From: Candidatus Dadabacteria bacterium
GTDB taxonomy: Bacteria > Desulfobacterota_D > UBA1144 > Nemesobacterales > CSP1-2
Direction: 5' to 3'
Length of the DNA stretch: 33,549 bases
Assembly (NCBI GenBank): GCA_022615255.1
Contig: JAKEHC010000117.1
Location: 1-33,549 of the forward strand
Below the pieces are notes generated by a model, which did no database searches, was not told the DNA's origin, and saw nothing but the letters and a program-made list of their open reading frames with translations. Below, piece by piece: positions 26,322 through 33,549 of the stretch (position 1 is the stretch's first letter; each line of letters starts with the position of its first letter). The position numbers and the translations under genes were made by a program.

Positions 26322-26717
26322 TCACCAAATTGCACATATAAGCTCTCCCCCTATTCCAGAGCGGCGTGCCTGAATACCTGTCATAATCCCTTTTGAAGTT
26401 GAAAGTATGTAAATTCCTAATCCACCCCTTATCCTAGGAATCTCGTTTTTACCGACATAAACCTTGCGCCCGGGCCTACTCACCCTGTGAATCTCAGATA
26501 TTATAGACTCCTTTTGAGGTGTGTATTTAAGCGTTACTTTGATTACCTTCTTTATCCCGTCCTCAATTACTTTAAAATCATTTATGTATCCTTCTTCTTT
26601 AAGAACCCTAGAAATATCAATCTTAATACTCGATGCAGGAATATCTACATAGTCAAAGCGAGCCTTGAGACCATTTTTAATTCTCGTAAGCATATCAGCT
26701 ATTGGATCTGTCATCAT
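26322..26717 (-). CDS. rpsH: 30S ribosomal protein S8
   Basis: MMTDPIADMLTRIKNG...GGELICAIW. Confidence 0.97.
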   Translation of the reverse strand: MMTDPIADMLTRIKNGLKARFDYVDIPASSIKIDISRVLKEEGYINDFKVIEDGIKKVIKVTLKYTPQKESIISEIHRVSRPGRKVYVGKNEIPRIRGGLGIYILSTSKGIMTGIQARRSGIGGELICAIW

Positions 26718-26763
26718 TATTACCTCTTCCTATCTCCGCTTTTCCACTTCTAAAATGCGCGCA

Positions 26764-26949
26764 TTACCAACTAGCCTTCTTAACCCCGGGTATCTTCCCG
26801 AAACTAGCAGCTTTTCGGAAGCATAACCTGCACATATCGAACCTTCTTAAATACGCCCTCGGCCGTCCGCAAAGAGGGCAGCGATTTCTATGTCTGATAC
26901 CAAACTTAGGTCTTCTCTTTAACTTCTCCATCATTGATTTCGTCGCCAT
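26764..26949 (-). CDS. rpsN: 30S ribosomal protein S14, short zinc-binding type Z
   Basis: 61 aa. [22 protein letters not shown] (CxxC...CxxC). Confidence 0.96.
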   Translation of the reverse strand: MATKSMMEKLKRRPKFGIRHRNRCPLCGRPRAYLRRFDMCRLCFRKAASFGKIPGVKKASW

Positions 26950-27053
26950 TTTCCCTCTATATTCTTTTCTAATTTATCAAAACATCTATAACCTTCTTAC
27001 GAATTGAAGAAAATAGAAATATTCTAGGATTATGCTCGACAATTCGCGTCATA

Positions 27054-27608
27054 TTAACGCTCCCTAAAAGGCATTCCCATTTGTTTTAAAAGCTCTTTAG
27101 ATTCTTGATCAGTTTTTGCCGTCGTAACAATGGTTATATTCATTCCCTTTACCTTCTCAACTTTGCCATACTCGATCTCAGGAAATATCGTATGTTCCCG
27201 GAGTCCTAGAGTGTAGTTGCCATTACCATCAAAAGCCTGAGGGGAAACCCCTCGGAAATCTCTTACACGAGGAAGGGCTAGATTAACTAATCTGTCATAA
27301 AACTCATACATCCTTTCACCACGAAGTGTAACCATACAACCTATATTTGCTCCCTCTCTTAGTTTAAAACCCGCTATTGATTTTCTAGCCCTCGTTACCA
27401 CAGGCCTCTGCCCAGTAATTATAGAAACCTCTTTAACGGCATCGTCTATTATCTTATTTTCTTTACCCCCGTCACTTAGAGTGCCAAGCCCCATATTAAT
27501 CACGATCTTCTCTAATCGTGGAATCTCCATTTGATTTTTGTATCCAAACCTCTCTTTAAGTAACTTAGCAATCTTAACCTTGTAATTTTGCTTTAATCTA
27601 GGAACCAT
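27054..27608 (-). CDS. rplE: 50S ribosomal protein L5
   Basis: Start re-called to the ATG at 27608 ([40 protein letters not shown]). It overlaps the rplX TAA stop by 1 nt (TAATG). Confidence 0.95.
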   Translation of the reverse strand: MVPRLKQNYKVKIAKLLKERFGYKNQMEIPRLEKIVINMGLGTLSDGGKENKIIDDAVKEVSIITGQRPVVTRARKSIAGFKLREGANIGCMVTLRGERMYEFYDRLVNLALPRVRDFRGVSPQAFDGNGNYTLGLREHTIFPEIEYGKVEKVKGMNITIVTTAKTDQESKELLKQMGMPFRER

Positions 27609-27937
27609 TAACTTTTGATCTCCTCTCCACATCTTCTGCAATAACGTGTTTTTTCTCCGCTTGGAAGCCTTTTTCGCCCTATCCTCACGGGACGGTCACA
27701 CTTTGCGCAGTAAATCATCAGTTTCGATAGATGGATTCCGGTTTCCTTTTCAAATATCCCTCCGCCTGGATTTTTCTGTGAAGGATGAGCATGTCGTTTA
27801 ACGATATTTAGTTTTTCAACAATTGCTTTTTTGTCATCTGTTAATATCCTTATAACCTTCCCTGTCTTTCCATTCTCCTTACCGGAAATTACATAAACCG
27901 TATCACCTTTTTTGATTTTTCCGTGAGTCAATTCCAT
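27608..27937 (-). CDS. rplX: 50S ribosomal protein L24 (with C-terminal CxxC...CxxC)
   Basis: Start re-called to the ATG at 27937 ([28 protein letters not shown]), with GGAGG 12 nt upstream. The C-terminus is [29 protein letters not shown]. Confidence 0.94.
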   Translation of the reverse strand: MELTHGKIKKGDTVYVISGKENGKTGKVIRILTDDKKAIVEKLNIVKRHAHPSQKNPGGGIFEKETGIHLSKLMIYCAKCDRPVRIGRKRLPSGEKTRYCRRCGEEIKS

Positions 27938-27941
27938 AGGT

Positions 27942-28310
27942 TTAAACAACCTCCGGTGCAAGCGAGATTATCTTCATAAATCCCTTAGAACGCAGCTCCC
28001 TTGCTACCGGTCCAAAAACACGAGTGCCAATTGGCTCGTTTTCCTTAGTTATAAGCACGGCAGCATTATCATCAAACCTTACATAAGAGCCATCCGAACG
28101 CCTTTGTTCCTTCCTAGTGCGTACGATTACAGCCCTATGCACATCTCCCTTCTCCACTTTTGAATTAGGTATAGCCTCCTTTACCGACACTACAACCACA
28201 TCGCCAATCTTTGCATATTTTCTATTAGACCCACTCATAACCCTTATGCAGAAAAGCCTTTTCGCTCCAGTATTGTCGGCGGCTTCAAGAACTGAGGTTG
28301 GTTGAATCAT
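27942..28310 (-). CDS. rplN: 50S ribosomal protein L14
   Basis: [24 protein letters not shown]. Confidence 0.97.
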   Translation of the reverse strand: MIQPTSVLEAADNTGAKRLFCIRVMSGSNRKYAKIGDVVVVSVKEAIPNSKVEKGDVHRAVIVRTRKEQRRSDGSYVRFDDNAAVLITKENEPIGTRVFGPVARELRSKGFMKIISLAPEVV

Positions 28311-28615
28311 CCTTCGTTTCCCCCATCTCCAAGAACCTCTTTAGGAAGTTCGTCTTCCAAAGGAGATGCACGCTCAAGGATCTTGCCTACCCTCCACCTC
28401 TTAGTGCGGCTGAGCGGTCTTGTTTCGATGATGAAAACCTTATCGCCTATCCTGCAATCGTTTTTTTCATCGTGGGCTTTGAACCTCGATATTCTCTTTA
28501 TAGGCTTTCCATACCTTGAATGGCTCATGATTTGGGTTACATCTATAACAACAGTCTTATTCATCTTGTTGCTGGTAACAACACCCACTTTTGTTTTGGC
28601 CTTACCTCTTCTCAT
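28307..28615 (-). CDS. rpsQ: 30S ribosomal protein S17 (with an acidic C-terminal tail of about 20 aa)
   Basis: [16 protein letters not shown]...[44 protein letters not shown] overlap with rplN. Confidence 0.95.
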   Translation of the reverse strand: MRRGKAKTKVGVVTSNKMNKTVVIDVTQIMSHSRYGKPIKRISRFKAHDEKNDCRIGDKVFIIETRPLSRTKRWRVGKILERASPLEDELPKEVLGDGGNEG

Positions 28616-28620
28616 TCCTT

Positions 28621-28824
28621 CTACTTTCTCCTTATTCCAAGCTCTCTTTCCCTCATAACCGTGAGTATTCTTGCTAAATCTCTCCTTAGTTTTCCTACCC
28701 TAGATACGTTTGTCGTTTGACGTGTTGAGAGTTGAACCTGAAAGCTGAAAAGCTCTTCCTTTATATCTCTTTCTTTCTTCTTTAATTCGTCATCACTAAG
28801 CTCTCTTGCTTCAACTGCCTTCAT
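28621..28824 (-). CDS. rpmC: 50S ribosomal protein L29
   Basis: 67 aa: [31 protein letters not shown]. Confidence 0.94.
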   Translation of the reverse strand: MKAVEARELSDDELKKKERDIKEELFSFQVQLSTRQTTNVSRVGKLRRDLARILTVMRERELGIRRK

Positions 28825-29246
28825 CCAACAAGCACCCCCTCTTCACGAACAACTATTCGAGTTTTTACAGGCAGCTTATGTGAGGCAAGTCTAAGTGCCT
28901 CTTTAGCGGCATCCGGTTCAAGACCGCTTATTTCATACAGCATCGTTCCCCTTTTAATTGGGGCAACGTAACCGACAACATCACCCTTTCCCTTTCCCAT
29001 CCTGGTCTCAGCAGGCTTCTTAGTTATAGGCTTGTCAGGGAATACCCTCACCCAGAGCTTTGCCCCACGCTTAACGTGGCGTGTCACAGCAACTCGTCCT
29101 GCCTCGATCTGCTGTGCAGTCAATCTCGCACTTTCAACAGATTGAAGCCCAAACTCCCCAAAGGCAAGAGTGGCACCCCTTGTTGCACGTCCCCTTATTC
29201 TTCCTTTATGTTGCTTTCTATATTTTGTTCTGGCTGGCTGAAGCAT
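28821..29246 (-). CDS. rplP: 50S ribosomal protein L16
   Basis: [24 protein letters not shown]. Confidence 0.97.
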   Translation of the reverse strand: MLQPARTKYRKQHKGRIRGRATRGATLAFGEFGLQSVESARLTAQQIEAGRVAVTRHVKRGAKLWVRVFPDKPITKKPAETRMGKGKGDVVGYVAPIKRGTMLYEISGLEPDAAKEALRLASHKLPVKTRIVVREEGVLVG

Positions 29247-29255
29247 ATTTTGCTC

Positions 29256-29909
29256 CTAAAGCACCTGTCGTCCTTTTTTCTCCAATACCTCTCCTTTAAA
29301 TATCCAGACCTTAACACCTATTACCCCGTATGTTGTCTTTGACTCGGCAAATCCATAGTCAATGTCCGCACGAAGGGTTGCAAGAGGAACCCTACCCTCT
29401 CGGTACCATTCCTTCCTTGCTATTTCCGACCCCCCTAACCTCCCAGCAACCATCACTTTTATCCCGAGAGCTCCGAGTCTCATTGCGGAGGCCATTGCCC
29501 TTTTCATCGCACGCCTGTACGCTACACGCCTTTCAATCTGTAGCGCAATGTTCTCTGAAGCCAACTGTGCGTCTATCTCAGGACGCTTTACTTCACGAAT
29601 ATCCAAATAAACATCCTTGCCGGTAATATTAGCCAGATCACGTCTAAGAGATTCAATCTCTTGTCCTCTTCTTCCAATTATCATTCCAGGCCGCGCCGCA
29701 TGAGCCACTATTCTTACCTTTTCAGAAGCCGCCCTCTCCAATTCGATTTTTGAGATACCAGCCTGATAAAATCCCTTTTTAATGAGCTCCCTAACCTTCA
29801 TATCTTCATGAAGAAGCTCTGTATACCTCTTCTTCTCCGCATACCATCTTGAATCCCAACTTTTAGTTATTCCGATCCTAAGTCCGATCGGGCAGATCTT
29901 CTGTCCCAA
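29256..29909 (-). CDS. rpsC: 30S ribosomal protein S3
   Basis: Start re-called to the TTG at 29909, giving the canonical (M)[34 protein letters not shown] 6 nt upstream. The track start at 29936 is also a TTG but overlaps the rplV 3' end. Confidence 0.94.
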   Translation of the reverse strand: MGQKICPIGLRIGITKSWDSRWYAEKKRYTELLHEDMKVRELIKKGFYQAGISKIELERAASEKVRIVAHAARPGMIIGRRGQEIESLRRDLANITGKDVYLDIREVKRPEIDAQLASENIALQIERRVAYRRAMKRAMASAMRLGALGIKVMVAGRLGGSEIARKEWYREGRVPLATLRADIDYGFAESKTTYGVIGVKVWIFKGEVLEKKGRQVL

Positions 29910-29910
29910 G

Positions 29911-30249
29911 TTATAACCCCCTTTCTTCGAGTACAAGCGTTATATGACTTGTTCTTCTTTTTCTTGGAAAAGCCCTTCCCATCGCCCTTGGTCTAAACCT
30001 CTTGATCACAGGCCCTTGAGAGGCGTAAGCCTCTTTGATATACAGAGATTCCGTATCTGTATGACCCTTTTCACCAGCATTGGCGACTGCAGATTTAAGG
30101 AGCTTGGCAATAATTGGAGCAGGCCTTCTTTTTATGGATGCAAGAGCTGCAAAAGCTTGTTCAACACCGCTCCCCCTGATTAAGTCAAGTATAACCCGCG
30201 CTTTCTTTGGCGATGTTCTAGTATATTTGAGCATAGCTTGTGAAACCAT
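29911..30249 (-). CDS. rplV: 50S ribosomal protein L22
   Basis: [26 protein letters not shown]. Confidence 0.96.
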   Translation of the reverse strand: MVSQAMLKYTRTSPKKARVILDLIRGSGVEQAFAALASIKRRPAPIIAKLLKSAVANAGEKGHTDTESLYIKEAYASQGPVIKRFRPRAMGRAFPRKRRTSHITLVLEERGL

Positions 30250-30265
30250 TTTTTTATCCTATTAA

Positions 30266-30556
30266 TTACTCAGTCTTTTCAACCTTTGCCTTTTTATCAC
30301 CAGCTCCGTGACCCCTAAAGGTTCGAGTCGGAGCAAATTCTCCAAGCTTATGTCCTACCATATGTTCAGTTATATAGACAGGTATGAACATCTTCCCGTT
30401 ATATACAGCAAAAGTGAGCCCTATCATCTGGGGTATGATCATCGAAGCCCTTGACCATGTTTTTATTATACGTTGATCCCCTGAAGCCCTCGATGATTGA
30501 ATCTTCTTTAATAGTTTTGGATCGATGTAAGGCCCCTTTTTTTTCGACCTAGCCAT
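30266..30556 (-). CDS. rpsS: 30S ribosomal protein S19
   Basis: Start re-called to the ATG at 30556 ([18 protein letters not shown]), with AAGGAG 5 nt upstream. Confidence 0.96.
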   Translation of the reverse strand: MARSKKKGPYIDPKLLKKIQSSRASGDQRIIKTWSRASMIIPQMIGLTFAVYNGKMFIPVYITEHMVGHKLGEFAPTRTFRGHGAGDKKAKVEKTE

Positions 30557-30591
30557 AAACACTCCTTAAGGCACTAAAAACCCCAATTAGT

Positions 30592-30705
30592 AAATTCCAA
30601 ACCACAAACAAATTCAAAATTACAGATCTCAAATACCGATATTGTGGTTTCGAATTTGATGCTTGTAATTCGTACGCAACTCGGCCCTTGTTATTTGGAA
30701 TTTCC
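30592..30705. repeat. AT-rich hairpin repeat element (AAATTCCAA/TTGGAATTT family) inside the rplB-rpsS spacer
   Basis: Arms AAATTCCAAACCACAA (30592-30607) and TTGTGGTTTCGAATTT (30642-30657) pair at 15 of 16 positions around a 34-nt loop that contains TCAAATACCGA. An extra TTGGAATTT lies at 30694-30702. The motif order parallels 4472-4542. Confidence 0.6.
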
Positions 30706-30712
30706 ATTTTCA

Positions 30713-31555
30713 TTAGTCCATTCCATAACCAATTCTCCGACGCTTTACTATAAACTTCTTCGTCCTCTTGTTCTTCCTCGTCTTGTAACCAATTGTAGCC
30801 CACCCCCAAGGTGAAACCGGGTGAGGATTCCCTTGTGGCGCTTTCCCTTCACCTCCGCCGTGCGGATGATCTACAGGATTCATTGCAACGCCCCTTACAT
30901 GTGGGCGCTTTCCCATGTATCTGCTTCTACCAGCCTTTCCAATCATTATAAGCTCATGCTCCACGTTACTAACTTTTCCAATAGTCGCCATACAATTTAG
31001 ATGAACAAGCCTAATCTCACCTGAGCCCATTCTAATCTGCGCATAATCTCCCTCTTTAGCTAAGAGCTGTGCTGATGTCCCTGCGGCTCGCGCAAGCTTC
31101 CCTCCACCAGAAGGTTTTAATTCTATATTGTGAATGAATGTTCCAAGTGGAATGTTCTTCAAAGAAAGCGCATTCCCATTTGAAACGTCAATACCGTCTC
31201 CTGAAGTTATCTTATCACCGACTTTTAATCCATCCGGAGCTATTATGTATCTCTTCTCCCCGTCAACATAACCGACAAGCGCAATTCTTGAAGAACGATT
31301 TGGGTCGTATTCTATTGATAATACCTTTCCCGGTATATTAAATTTATCCCTTTTGAAATCAATAATTCTATATAAGCGCTTGTGACCCCCCCCACGATGC
31401 AGACTTGAAACCCTTCCCTGAGAGTTTCTCCCAGCTCGCCTCTTAAGAGGGACTGTAAGAGGTTTGAACGGCTGATCCGCAGTAATCTCCGAGAAATCAA
31501 GACTGGTCATAAACCTTCTTCCTGAAGAAACTGGACGATATTTTTTGATCCCCAT
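30713..31555 (-). CDS. rplB: 50S ribosomal protein L2
   Basis: 280 aa: [16 protein letters not shown]...HPHGGGEGK... Confidence 0.97.
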   Translation of the reverse strand: MGIKKYRPVSSGRRFMTSLDFSEITADQPFKPLTVPLKRRAGRNSQGRVSSLHRGGGHKRLYRIIDFKRDKFNIPGKVLSIEYDPNRSSRIALVGYVDGEKRYIIAPDGLKVGDKITSGDGIDVSNGNALSLKNIPLGTFIHNIELKPSGGGKLARAAGTSAQLLAKEGDYAQIRMGSGEIRLVHLNCMATIGKVSNVEHELIMIGKAGRSRYMGKRPHVRGVAMNPVDHPHGGGEGKAPQGNPHPVSPWGWATIGYKTRKNKRTKKFIVKRRRIGYGMD

Positions 31556-31557
31556 AA

Positions 31558-31845
31558 TTAAACTCCTTCAAAGAACTCTATTTTGCCTTCTTTCAGTTTC
31601 ACATAGGCCTTCTTAAGCGGTGACCTCCTACCAGATATACGGCCGAATCTTTTTACATTCTTTCCAGTCAAAATAAGCGTTCTTACTTTATCCACCTTAA
31701 CTTTAAACAGTCTCTCTACAGAGTCTTTTATCTCTTTTTTATTGGCCTTCCCATCTACCGCAAATATGTACCACCCTATATCCTTTATTGCTGATGATTT
31801 TTCCGTAATGAGAGGACGCTTTATTATTTCTCTTGGCTCCCTCAA
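31558..31845 (-). CDS. rplW: 50S ribosomal protein L23
   Basis: (M)[22 protein letters not shown] start at 31845 overlaps the rplD TGA stop. AGGAGG 11 nt upstream. Confidence 0.94.
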   Translation of the reverse strand: MREPREIIKRPLITEKSSAIKDIGWYIFAVDGKANKKEIKDSVERLFKVKVDKVRTLILTGKNVKRFGRISGRRSPLKKAYVKLKEGKIEFFEGV

Positions 31846-32465
31846 TTTTTAAGTACCTCCTGAACTCGAACAAGTGAGTCCTCCGTCATAACAAGTGAGT
31901 TAAATCTAAGTATGTCGTAAATGTTGAGTCCATCAGCTTTTAATACCTTCACGTCTTCTAAGTTTCTTGCCGATTTTTTTAGAATTTCATTATCATCTTT
32001 AATTAATATTAAAGCTCTATTAAGCTCAAATCTTTTAAGAAAACTTACAACCTGCTTAGTTTTAATCTCAGACAAATTAAAATCCTTAAGTATTAAGATA
32101 TTGCCATCCCTATGTTTTAATGAAAGAGCGCTTTTTAAAGCCTGACGTCTAGTCTTTTTAGGGATGTTATATGACCAATCTCTCGGTTGAGGTCCAAATA
32201 TTATAGCACCCTTTCTCCACTGAGGTGCCCTAATACTTCCCTGACGGGCGCGGCCTGTGTGTTTTTGTCTCCAGGGTTTCTTGCCGCCACCACTTACTTC
32301 ACCCCTTGTCTTAGTCGAGGCAGTTCCGGAACGGCGTTTAGCCAATTGCCAGTTAATCACATAATAGAATAAATGCTCCTGTATTGGGGCCTCGAAAACC
32401 ACTGGATCAAGTTCTACTTCACCGACTTTGTTTTTCTCTAAATTATAAACGCTATGCTGTGCCAC
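31842..32465 (-). CDS. rplD: 50S ribosomal protein L4
   Basis: ...GTASTKTRGEVSGGGKKPWRQKHTGRARQGSIRAPQW. GTG start at 32465 overlaps the rplC 3' end by 14 nt. Confidence 0.93.
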   Translation of the reverse strand: MAQHSVYNLEKNKVGEVELDPVVFEAPIQEHLFYYVINWQLAKRRSGTASTKTRGEVSGGGKKPWRQKHTGRARQGSIRAPQWRKGAIIFGPQPRDWSYNIPKKTRRQALKSALSLKHRDGNILILKDFNLSEIKTKQVVSFLKRFELNRALILIKDDNEILKKSARNLEDVKVLKADGLNIYDILRFNSLVMTEDSLVRVQEVLKN

Positions 32466-33108
32466 CTTTCACCCTGCCTCTTCTCGTATGCTTTAAAATC
32501 AACAAACCACCATCTGGACCAGGAACAGAGCCTTTTACTAATACTATGTCCTTTTGAGGTTCTACTTTAATTATTCGAAGTCCTTGCATAGTCACCCTTT
32601 CAGCTCCCATATGCCCCGGCATTCTAAGTCCCTTCCATATCCTAGCAGGATAAGAGTGCTGGCCAATTGAACCAGGTTTTCTATGAGACATACCTCCATG
32701 AGAATCAGGCTGACCGCTAAATCCATGCCTCTTCATAGCGCCGGCAAAACCCTTTCCCTTGCTTGTTCCAGTAACGTCTATTATGTCCCCTTTTTTAAAT
32801 ATGTCTGCTTTAATAACGTCTCCAGACTTATAGTCATCAACCTTGCCTTTGAGGATTTCAAACTCCATAAGAAATCTTATTGGTGGAATACCGGCTTTCT
32901 TAAAATGCCCAAGTAAAGGTTTTGTCTTCCTCTGGGGTTTTGCTTGCTCAAATCCAATTTGAACTGCCTCGTATCCATCTTTTTCCAAGTTCTTTTTTTG
33001 AACCACAAAACAAGGTCCCGCCTCTATAATAGTGGCCGGTATCTGTGTTCCGTCCTCAAGAAATATCTCAGTCATTCCGACTTTTCTACCTATTAATCCC
33101 TCTATCAT
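32452..33108 (-). CDS. rplC: 50S ribosomal protein L3
   Basis: [16 protein letters not shown]...[17 protein letters not shown]. Confidence 0.97.
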   Translation of the reverse strand: MIEGLIGRKVGMTEIFLEDGTQIPATIIEAGPCFVVQKKNLEKDGYEAVQIGFEQAKPQRKTKPLLGHFKKAGIPPIRFLMEFEILKGKVDDYKSGDVIKADIFKKGDIIDVTGTSKGKGFAGAMKRHGFSGQPDSHGGMSHRKPGSIGQHSYPARIWKGLRMPGHMGAERVTMQGLRIIKVEPQKDIVLVKGSVPGPDGGLLILKHTRRGRVKGGTA

Positions 33109-33113
33109 AACGT

Positions 33114-33434
33114 TTATGATCCTGTAAGTTTTATTTCAACCTCAACACCAGATGCTAGGTCAAGCTTCATCAATGCATCAATTGTCTGCTGGGTAGGGTC
33201 AAGAATGTCAATTAGTCGCTTGTGAGTCCGTATTTCAAAATGCTCCCTTGAATTCTTATCCACGTGCGGAGATCTCAACACACAGTAGCGACTTATGTGA
33301 GTTGGGAGCGGAACCGGACCCGCTACCCTTGCCCCTGTCCTTTTAGCCGTTTCTACAATTTCTTTTGCAGATTTATCTAACAATCTATAATCAAACGATT
33401 TCAACTTTATCCTGATCTTGGCAGCACGATTCAT
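33114..33434 (-). CDS. rpsJ: 30S ribosomal protein S10
   Basis: [40 protein letters not shown]. Confidence 0.97.
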   Translation of the reverse strand: MNRAAKIRIKLKSFDYRLLDKSAKEIVETAKRTGARVAGPVPLPTHISRYCVLRSPHVDKNSREHFEIRTHKRLIDILDPTQQTIDALMKLDLASGVEVEIKLTGS

Positions 33435-33458
33435 ACTCTTATTATCCTGGAAGCCTCT

Positions 33459-33549
33459 CTACTGAGTGATTTTAGTAACAACACCTGCTCCTACTGTCCT
33501 TCCACCCTCTCTTATCGCAAACCTTAACCCATCCTCCATCGCCACTGGC
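33459..33549 (-). CDS. tuf: Elongation factor Tu, C-terminal 29 codons; the 5' part lies outside the window
   Basis: Absent from the ORF track (edge-truncated). Minus strand reads ...PVAMEDGLRFAIREGGRTVGAGVVTKITQ*, with the TAG stop at 33461-33459. This is the canonical EF-Tu C-terminus, in its usual position upstream of rpsJ. Confidence 0.9.
   Translation of the reverse strand, partial: PVAMEDGLRFAIREGGRTVGAGVVTKITQ

Noticed and set aside
30549-30809. 86-aa minus-strand ORF spanning the rplB 3' end and the rplB-rpsS spacer
   Set aside because: It overlaps the rplB coding frame out of frame and runs through the repeat element. Its acidic, low-complexity start (DEEEQEDEE) is the alternate-frame reading of the L2 basic tail. 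Spurious.

Overview
This window is mostly core housekeeping DNA from a diderm bacterium (BamA and the Lol system are present). I did not find a convincing novel multi-gene system such as defence, a mobile island or secondary metabolism. All genes but two are on the minus strand. From 33549 down to 17935 the window holds a contiguous ribosomal super-operon: tuf (3' end), the S10 operon (rpsJ-rplC-rplD-rplW-rplB-rpsS-rplV-rpsC-rplP-rpmC-rpsQ), the spc operon (rplN-rplX-rplE-rpsN-rpsH-rplF-rplR-rpsE-rplO-secY) and then adk-map-infA-rpmJ-rpsM-rpsK-rpsD-rpoA-rplQ. Below that lie an LLM-class oxidoreductase, the only plus-strand pair (metF, ubiE/menG), gmk, a bifunctional RelA/SpoT, lepB, a pyrR-pyrB-pyrC operon, an MgtC/DUF4010 membrane protein, an MFS transporter, a PaaI-type thioesterase and a lysS-lolC/E-lolD-bamA block. 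Three genes are missing from the supplied ORF track: bamA (open at the left edge), tuf (open at the right edge) and the 37-codon rpmJ. Several track ORFs are over-extended at the 5' end and I re-called their starts. The unusual content is in the non-coding DNA. (i) An AT-rich hairpin repeat family built on AAATTCCAA/TTGGAATTT includes a copy that opens a 156-nt gap between rplB and rpsS. (ii) REP-like elements, a GTAG followed by a GC-rich palindrome, sit downstream of pyrC and relA. (iii) A heptad-periodic CGTGAAT-type element occurs twice, and its orientation follows the direction of transcription. Other points are that rpmD (L30) is absent and replaced by a 157-nt non-coding spacer, no rpoZ lies between gmk and relA/spoT, and TTG or GTG start codons are frequent among the ribosomal protein genes. 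All calls come from reading the sequence and translations by eye; no searches were run.
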